The position numbers and the translations under genes are program-made. This document shows, piece after piece, positions 58,610 to 64,000 of a stretch of 64,000 bases of DNA (its first letter is position 1; each line of letters begins with the position of its first letter). This DNA comes from Bacteroidota bacterium (GTDB lineage Bacteria > Bacteroidota > Bacteroidia > Bacteroidales > NBLH01): contig JANYKN010000116.1 of NCBI GenBank assembly GCA_025361565.1, positions 284,470 to 348,469 of the forward strand, in the 5' to 3' direction. Under the pieces are notes generated by a model, which was given only the letters and a program-made list of their open reading frames with translations, had not been told where the DNA came from and ran no database searches.

Positions 58610-58854
58610 CCAGTAGAATTAGAAAAGTTGCATATGGAAGAAATTGCAGAGAGCATTGGGCGTACTTTGACAAAAATCCGTCGGCCGTGCTCCTAGCAAT
58701 AGTAAATGAACGGTAAAGGATATTTTTGTCTAGATTTTTGTTTCTTTTCATCATGGAAAAGAAAAAAGAAAACACAGAACTAGTGAAAATAGCTGTAAAA
58801 CTTCATGCCGAAGGAAAATGGTGTGAGCAAGATTGTTCTATGCTTGGAAAATAA
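58610..58854 (+). pseudogene. Two short HTH-like ORF scraps, probable transposase N-terminal debris
   Basis: PVELEKLHMEEIAESIGRTLTKIRRPCS* (58610-58696) and MEKKKENTELVKIAVKLHAEGKWCEQDCSMLGK* (58753-58854) resemble IS-transposase HTH segments. Neither is attached to a catalytic domain. Confidence 0.3.
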
Positions 58855-59242
58855 ATAATCAGGACTAAAATGAATAATAATTGTTAAAGCATGGACTCAA
58901 TGGAATTCATCTTTTTACAATCTTAAACTCGATTTACCATTGTATAATTGACCATTATATAAAAAATGTTAGAATCGCAGAAACCCTAAAACATAGCTAA
59001 TAAGAGTTGTAAATAACTGAATTTATGACTCTTAAACTTTTAGAACCTACACAAGTGCAGTTTTAAAAAACTCAAAATCCCAAATCACACCTTCATACCA
59101 ACTATTGCCTAAATTTGTCAAAAACACTATATTTATTTTGACTTTAATTAAACAAAAAGTTAACTTTACCTTCCATTAATAAATTTCCTTATCTTCGTTA
59201 TTTAATTTCTGATGTTGATTGAGCAAATCATAAATAAAACTT

Positions 59243-62200
59243 ATGAACAAACAATTTATTTCATATCTAAGCAACAAGCTGAAAACTGGCAATTTAAATT
59301 CAATTCATTTAAACGCACTTCCTGGCCGATTGGCTACACGCATTGACCTTTGCAACTTCAATATTATCAATGGGATTGATGATGACAAGCTGCTTTTCGA
59401 GGCCAAAGGCGAAAAGATTTCAAATGATTTTCTGTTCAATAATTTATTCGCAAAACCCAAATTTCAATATAAAATCAATTTCGAAAATGCCCCAATACAA
59501 AGCCACTTGGAAAACGACAAAAAGAAATTCGATATTCTTGCCAAAAAGCTGAATGCCATTGTAAATCAGGATGAAGATAATTTTCTGGAACACGGAATTA
59601 AAACCTTTAGTTTTGGTTTTCCGTTGTTGGTCAAACGGAGCAGAAAAGAGCCCAATAAAATCATCAAAGCCCCAATCATTATATGGAATCTGGACATTAA
59701 ACGGTCGAACAGCGTGCAAAACCAATGGACGCTTGAATTAACAGAAGATTCGCCCGTTTATGTAAATGAAATGTTGATTTCGCACCTTGCCAACGACGAA
59801 AACATAAGCATTGGCGACATTTCCATCGATATTCTTGAAGATGGATTGATTGACCAAAAAGAAATTCTCCAAATTGTAAATGATATTCTGGTAAAATGTA
59901 ATTCAAAAACTAGCGAAGAAAATCTTAAAATTGAAGCTAGCCGCGATAAAGAATTCATTGACAATGCTACTTCTAATGAACCATGGATTCAATGGTCCGG
60001 CATTTTTGGATTGTTCAAAACCCAAAAGCAGAGCATTATCAAAGATTCGGATTTACTTTTCGATAATTTTGAAAATCAGGATTTTAAAGAAATATCACAC
60101 GCCCAACCACGAACTTCAAACAATACTTCTGTGGCCACAGATCCAAGTCAGGAAGAAATCATCAATACTATTGATCATAAGGAATATAAAGTAATTCAAG
60201 GCCCTCCTGGAACGGGCAAAAGCCAGAGCCTTACCGCAATTATTACCAATACGCTCGAAAACAATAAAAAAATATTGGTTGTTTGTGAGAAAAAAACCGC
60301 CTTAGATGTCATTTTCAATAACTTGCAAAATTTAGGACTTGATAAACTCTCAGCCATTATTGATGATGTAAATCGCGATAGAAAGCCAATTATCAATACC
60401 GTGCGTGCCATTGCTGAAACCGAAAAACCAATTGCCGCCATTTTTAATGAAAGCGAATATGATAAAAAGCTTTCCGGTTTTCATGAAATGGTGAAGGATT
60501 TCAACAACAGGCACCACAATCTTTTAAAAATTGTTTTTCAGGGTTACAATGTGCAGGATATTATTTCAGAATACCTCGAATTAAAAAAATCAATAGATAA
60601 AAACGACAGGATACTTCACCAAATACCTTTTCAATTTACTGATAATGAATACAATGAACTGGCTAACCTGATTGAAAAGGCAGTAGATTTATACGAAGAA
60701 ATTCCAGAAAAAGCCTTTGTATATAATTTACTCTCTACCGAAAATTTCACGAATCCTTACTCAGTTCAAATTGAAAATCAAATCATTGAAAGACTCAATT
60801 CCGAAATTGGCTTTTTACAGGATATTGAAATCGCTTATTTCCTAGTTTCCGAGGCTCAAATTGAAAAACTTCCCTCCCTTCTGCTTAAACAGTATGATAA
60901 TGAGGCTTTAGATAATTTCAGTTTTAACATTCAGGCTTTACTCACTTTTTGGAGAAATCTATCCGCCGAATTGCAGAAAACTTACACACACATCAATAGT
61001 TCCAACTTATTGAATGCAAATATTTTAATCAATAAAATCAATGAATTTTATACGCTTTACGATAACATTGTCAACCATACAAACTTGATTACCAAAATTG
61101 GTGAGTCGCTTTACCTTATTTCCTTGGCATACGATAAAATGCCAGCCGAATGCAGGACTGGCAAAGTAAAATTCAGTGCATTGAGTCAATTTCTCGGTCC
61201 TGTTTCAAAAAGACATCGGGCAATTTTAGCTTTTCAAAATACTTTTAATGAGCAGTTTGAAAACATTAACCTGCTGATTACCAACAATGCCATGATTACT
61301 ACAAACCTGAATCTAATCAATATGATCGGGGAATTTATTCCAAGCAAAAACGATATTGAAGATTTAATCCAGGATTTGAATTTGTGCATTGAAAATCAAA
61401 AATATTATAAAGAATACCACAATTGGCGCTTTTTTTATGATCATTTAAGTGCATTGGCACACGAAACCATCACAAAATTAAGCCTTTATGGAAGTTTCAA
61501 CCAATGGGCAGCCTTATTCAAATTAAATTATATCAACTTGCTTTTGGAATCCAACGAAAAAGAGGGCGAACAATTCAATATCAACAGCAAGGAATTAGAT
61601 AGAATTGGCGAATTGGAGGCGGATTTAAAATCACTACATCGCCATAAAATACTGAAAATCTGGGAACAAAAACGCTATCAATCCATTGCCGAATACAATA
61701 AAAAAAGCAACATCAAATGGTTGTATAACTACCGAAAAAATTCGCAATACGCCAAAAGAAACACCTTGCGGTCGATTATCCACGATGATTTTGATTTGTT
61801 CACCGATATTTTCCCTGTTGTGCTTGTCAATCCTGTGGTTTGCAGTTCTATTCTCCCATTGAAACACCATCTTTTTGAGATAGTATTGTTCGACGAAGCC
61901 AGTCAATTAAGGCTCGAAGACACCTACCCTGCCATAGTTCGCGGAAAAATAAAAGTTATTTCGGGCGATAAGCACCAAATGCCACCATCGAATTATTTTT
62001 CGAGCGATATTTCATTGGACATTGAAGAAACTTTGGATGAAGAGCCAAGCCAACGTTCCAATTTCGATAAAACAAATCCGCTTTATCTGGCCGAAAGCGA
62101 ATCGTTGCTTGATTTTGCCAACAGGCTAAATCCAAATTTGATTAATATTTCCTTTTTAGATTTCCATTATCGTTCCAGGCATCCTTACTTGATTGATTTT

Positions 62201-63250
62201 TCAAATGCTGCTTTTTATGGAGATCGATTAATACCCATACCCGAAAAAAACAGTTATAACCCAATTCATTTCAAACAGGTAAATGGCTTATACAGAAGCA
62301 ACAACACCAACTTGGATGAAGCGTTAAAGATTATTGAATACCTAAAATCGGATTATCCGGTCAATTCTGCGGGCGAATATCCCAGTTTGGGAATTGCCAC
62401 ATTCAATATGCAACAACGGAATTTGATCAAAGATTTGATCAACGAGGAATGTATTAAAGATGAAGAATTTAGGCTTAGAATGAACCAAATTGGCAAAGAA
62501 GTGGATTGGTTTGTTAAAAACCTGGAAAACATTCAGGGCGATGAACGCGACATCATCATCATTTCCACCACTTTTGGCTTAAATTCGGAAGGAAAATTCC
62601 GACAAAATTTTGGGCCAATCAATGGCACAAAAGGTTACAAATTGCTCAATGTAATTATTACACGGGCAAAAAAACAAATCCATGTATTCACTTCAATTCC
62701 AGAGGAATTTTATTCATCCTATCAAGCTGAAATCCGCACAAATGGAAACAAGGGGAAAGCCATTTTATATGCCTATCTAGATTATTGCAGCGCTGTGGAG
62801 AAAGGAAACGAAGGACACCGCCAAATTATACTTAAAATATTGCAACAAGCTTGCGATGAAAAAACGCTACGTATCAATGGACAGCCATCACAACGGAAAT
62901 TCGAAAAGGAATTGTTTGATTATTTGGCCAAATCCATTCATAATGAAAGAATTGTACCACACTATAAACTAGGGGGTTATCAGTTGGATTTTGTGCTTTT
63001 GGACGAATCAAAAAAACCAATCATTGCCATAGAATGCGATGGAGCCCAATGGCACAGCACAAACCAAGCCTATTCGCACGATTTGCACCGCCAAAAAATA
63101 CTGGAACTACAAGGAATCCATTTTTACAGGATTTGGTCAAAATCGTGGTGGCCAAATCCCGGCAAAGAAATTGAAAAACTGGTTAAATTTATTGGTGGGA
63201 TTGATTTATCTATTCTTTTGGATACGAATAAAGTGCTTGAACACTACTAA
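59243..63250 (+). CDS. DUF4011-like N-domain + SF1 (AAA_11/AAA_12, Upf1/DNA2-type) helicase + C-terminal DUF559/Vsr-like PD-(D/E)XK nuclease; Hhe-like
   Basis: 1335 aa with Walker A GPPGTGKS (aa 320), VLFDEASQL (aa 881), GDKHQMPP, HYRSRHP, QGDERDIIIIS and NVIITRAKK. The nuclease block is YQLDFVLL..IAIECDGAQWH..FYRIWSKSWW. Confidence 0.85.
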   Translation: MNKQFISYLSNKLKTGNLNSIHLNALPGRLATRIDLCNFNIINGIDDDKLLFEAKGEKISNDFLFNNLFAKPKFQYKINFENAPIQSHLENDKKKFDILAKKLNAIVNQDEDNFLEHGIKTFSFGFPLLVKRSRKEPNKIIKAPIIIWNLDIKRSNSVQNQWTLELTEDSPVYVNEMLISHLANDENISIGDISIDILEDGLIDQKEILQIVNDILVKCNSKTSEENLKIEASRDKEFIDNATSNEPWIQWSGIFGLFKTQKQSIIKDSDLLFDNFENQDFKEISHAQPRTSNNTSVATDPSQEEIINTIDHKEYKVIQGPPGTGKSQSLTAIITNTLENNKKILVVCEKKTALDVIFNNLQNLGLDKLSAIIDDVNRDRKPIINTVRAIAETEKPIAAIFNESEYDKKLSGFHEMVKDFNNRHHNLLKIVFQGYNVQDIISEYLELKKSIDKNDRILHQIPFQFTDNEYNELANLIEKAVDLYEEIPEKAFVYNLLSTENFTNPYSVQIENQIIERLNSEIGFLQDIEIAYFLVSEAQIEKLPSLLLKQYDNEALDNFSFNIQALLTFWRNLSAELQKTYTHINSSNLLNANILINKINEFYTLYDNIVNHTNLITKIGESLYLISLAYDKMPAECRTGKVKFSALSQFLGPVSKRHRAILAFQNTFNEQFENINLLITNNAMITTNLNLINMIGEFIPSKNDIEDLIQDLNLCIENQKYYKEYHNWRFFYDHLSALAHETITKLSLYGSFNQWAALFKLNYINLLLESNEKEGEQFNINSKELDRIGELEADLKSLHRHKILKIWEQKRYQSIAEYNKKSNIKWLYNYRKNSQYAKRNTLRSIIHDDFDLFTDIFPVVLVNPVVCSSILPLKHHLFEIVLFDEASQLRLEDTYPAIVRGKIKVISGDKHQMPPSNYFSSDISLDIEETLDEEPSQRSNFDKTNPLYLAESESLLDFANRLNPNLINISFLDFHYRSRHPYLIDFSNAAFYGDRLIPIPEKNSYNPIHFKQVNGLYRSNNTNLDEALKIIEYLKSDYPVNSAGEYPSLGIATFNMQQRNLIKDLINEECIKDEEFRLRMNQIGKEVDWFVKNLENIQGDERDIIIISTTFGLNSEGKFRQNFGPINGTKGYKLLNVIITRAKKQIHVFTSIPEEFYSSYQAEIRTNGNKGKAILYAYLDYCSAVEKGNEGHRQIILKILQQACDEKTLRINGQPSQRKFEKELFDYLAKSIHNERIVPHYKLGGYQLDFVLLDESKKPIIAIECDGAQWHSTNQAYSHDLHRQKILELQGIHFYRIWSKSWWPNPGKEIEKLVKFIGGIDLSILLDTNKVLEHY

Positions 63251-63354
63251 GTCAGTAAGAACTAGCGACAAAATTAACAACAAACTTAATTAATATACAG
63301 ATATACATAATTGTGATATTTTCACTAAAATTGTCCATATTCATAAACTGATAA

Positions 63355-64000
63355 ATGAAAAACAAATTAACAATACTCTATATATTAATTGCTTCAAACT
63401 TGTTTGGGCAAAAGTCTGTTTCCTTCTCAGTTATAGATTCTGTTTCAAAACAGACTATTCCCTTTCTGAAAATTATTGTTGCAGGAAAAGACAAAGGAAC
63501 ATACAGCGATGAAAATGGGTTAGTAAAATAGATAACATATCTGATAATGATACACTTTATATTGATAACATTTTCTATCAAAGAAAATTGTTGCCAGTTT
63601 TAAATTTACTGAAAAATAAACAAATTTTACTTTCCCCTAAACCTTATATTTTAAATGAAGTAGTTGTTAAACCATCTAAAAACAATGAGATTGAAATTGG
63701 CTATTCAAAAAGCAGATCTAATTGTGGTTTTGGAACAGATATAATTGGTACAGAAATAACCTCATTCATAAATTCAGACGATATTAAAAACGCTTATATA
63801 AATTTTATTATCCTGAAATTTAAAAAAATCACAAAAAACACTTTAGTACGGGTTCATTTATATCAAAACGAACAGGGAAACCCGGGAACAGAAATATATA
63901 TTAAGAATAACCTCATTACCGTATATGAAAAAGACGAATTGAAATTTAACATTATAAATCAGCACATTAAGCTACCTGCAGATGGTGTATTTGTTTCTCT
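63355..64000 (+). pseudogene. CarboxypepD_reg-domain protein gene interrupted by a -1 frameshift; runs off the window
   Basis: From ATG 63355 the frame gives a signal peptide plus SVSFSVIDSVSKQTIPFLKIIVAGKDKGTYSDENGLVK and then TAG (63529). The -1 frame continues seamlessly (IDNISDNDTLYIDNIFYQRKLL..) and stays open to base 64000. Confidence 0.6.

Noticed and set aside
59343-61906. Several short ORFs on both strands inside the 1335-aa gene
   Set aside because: All are nested in or antisense to the long ORF, whose helicase and nuclease motifs fix the reading frame.
63378-63581. 67-aa minus-strand ORF
   Set aside because: It is antisense to the frameshifted CarboxypepD_reg-type gene, and the plus-strand reading gives a signal peptide and a coherent domain.
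1-64000. Search for tRNA, rRNA, tmRNA, SRP/RNase P RNA, CRISPR arrays, integrase or att sites
   Set aside because: I saw no T-loop/acceptor-type cloverleaf signatures, rRNA-like conserved blocks, repeat-spacer arrays or recombinase genes by eye. The search was visual only, so tRNAscan-SE and cmscan should be run for certainty.

Overview
This is an AT-rich chromosomal segment with Bacteroidota hallmarks: recurrent TAnnTTTG -7 promoter boxes, lipoprotein signal peptides, a CarboxypepD_reg-type TonB-dependent receptor and a Na+-pumping methylmalonyl-CoA decarboxylase operon. About 55 protein-coding genes can be supported. I saw no rRNA, tRNA or CRISPR array. Gene order, left to right:
- a second OadB-type decarboxylase beta subunit (cut by the window edge) and an FAH-family hydrolase
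- the epimerase / carboxyltransferase / OadG / BCCP / beta-subunit decarboxylase operon
- a 2-hydroxyacid dehydrogenase, a signal-peptidase-I paralog with a degenerate catalytic dyad, and dapB
- the thrS-infC-rpmI-rplT operon (infC has a non-AUG start)
- an Fe-ADH, a SUKH/SMI1 protein, an ftsE-like ATPase, a glycosyltransferase and murB
- an IS4-type transposase relic, then AraC-pirin-YceI, YkgJ and a GH30 lipoprotein
- a phosphohexomutase divergent from galK-galM-sugar symporter, plus a Nudix-wHTH regulator
- a TPP riboswitch driving a TonB-dependent receptor
- a SiaC(DUF1987) / tandem-SiaB / STAS-like signalling cluster next to a histidine-kinase relic
- two thioredoxins, a CCA-adding enzyme and a 1041-aa ABCG-like fused transporter
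- a second sugar symporter with a ROK glucokinase, and an EEP-family enzyme
- an aminotransferase overlapping pckA
- a TetR-TolC-HlyD-2xABC-2 permease cluster without an ATPase
- a 1335-aa DUF4011-like / SF1 helicase / DUF559-type nuclease fusion behind 0.8 kb of non-coding DNA carrying transposase-HTH scraps.
The two best leads for new biology are that helicase-nuclease (an Hhe-like candidate defence gene with a very large insertion in its ATPase core) and the SiaB/SiaC/STAS cluster, which lacks both a phosphatase and an output domain. All functional calls come from motif recognition by eye; nothing was checked against a database.
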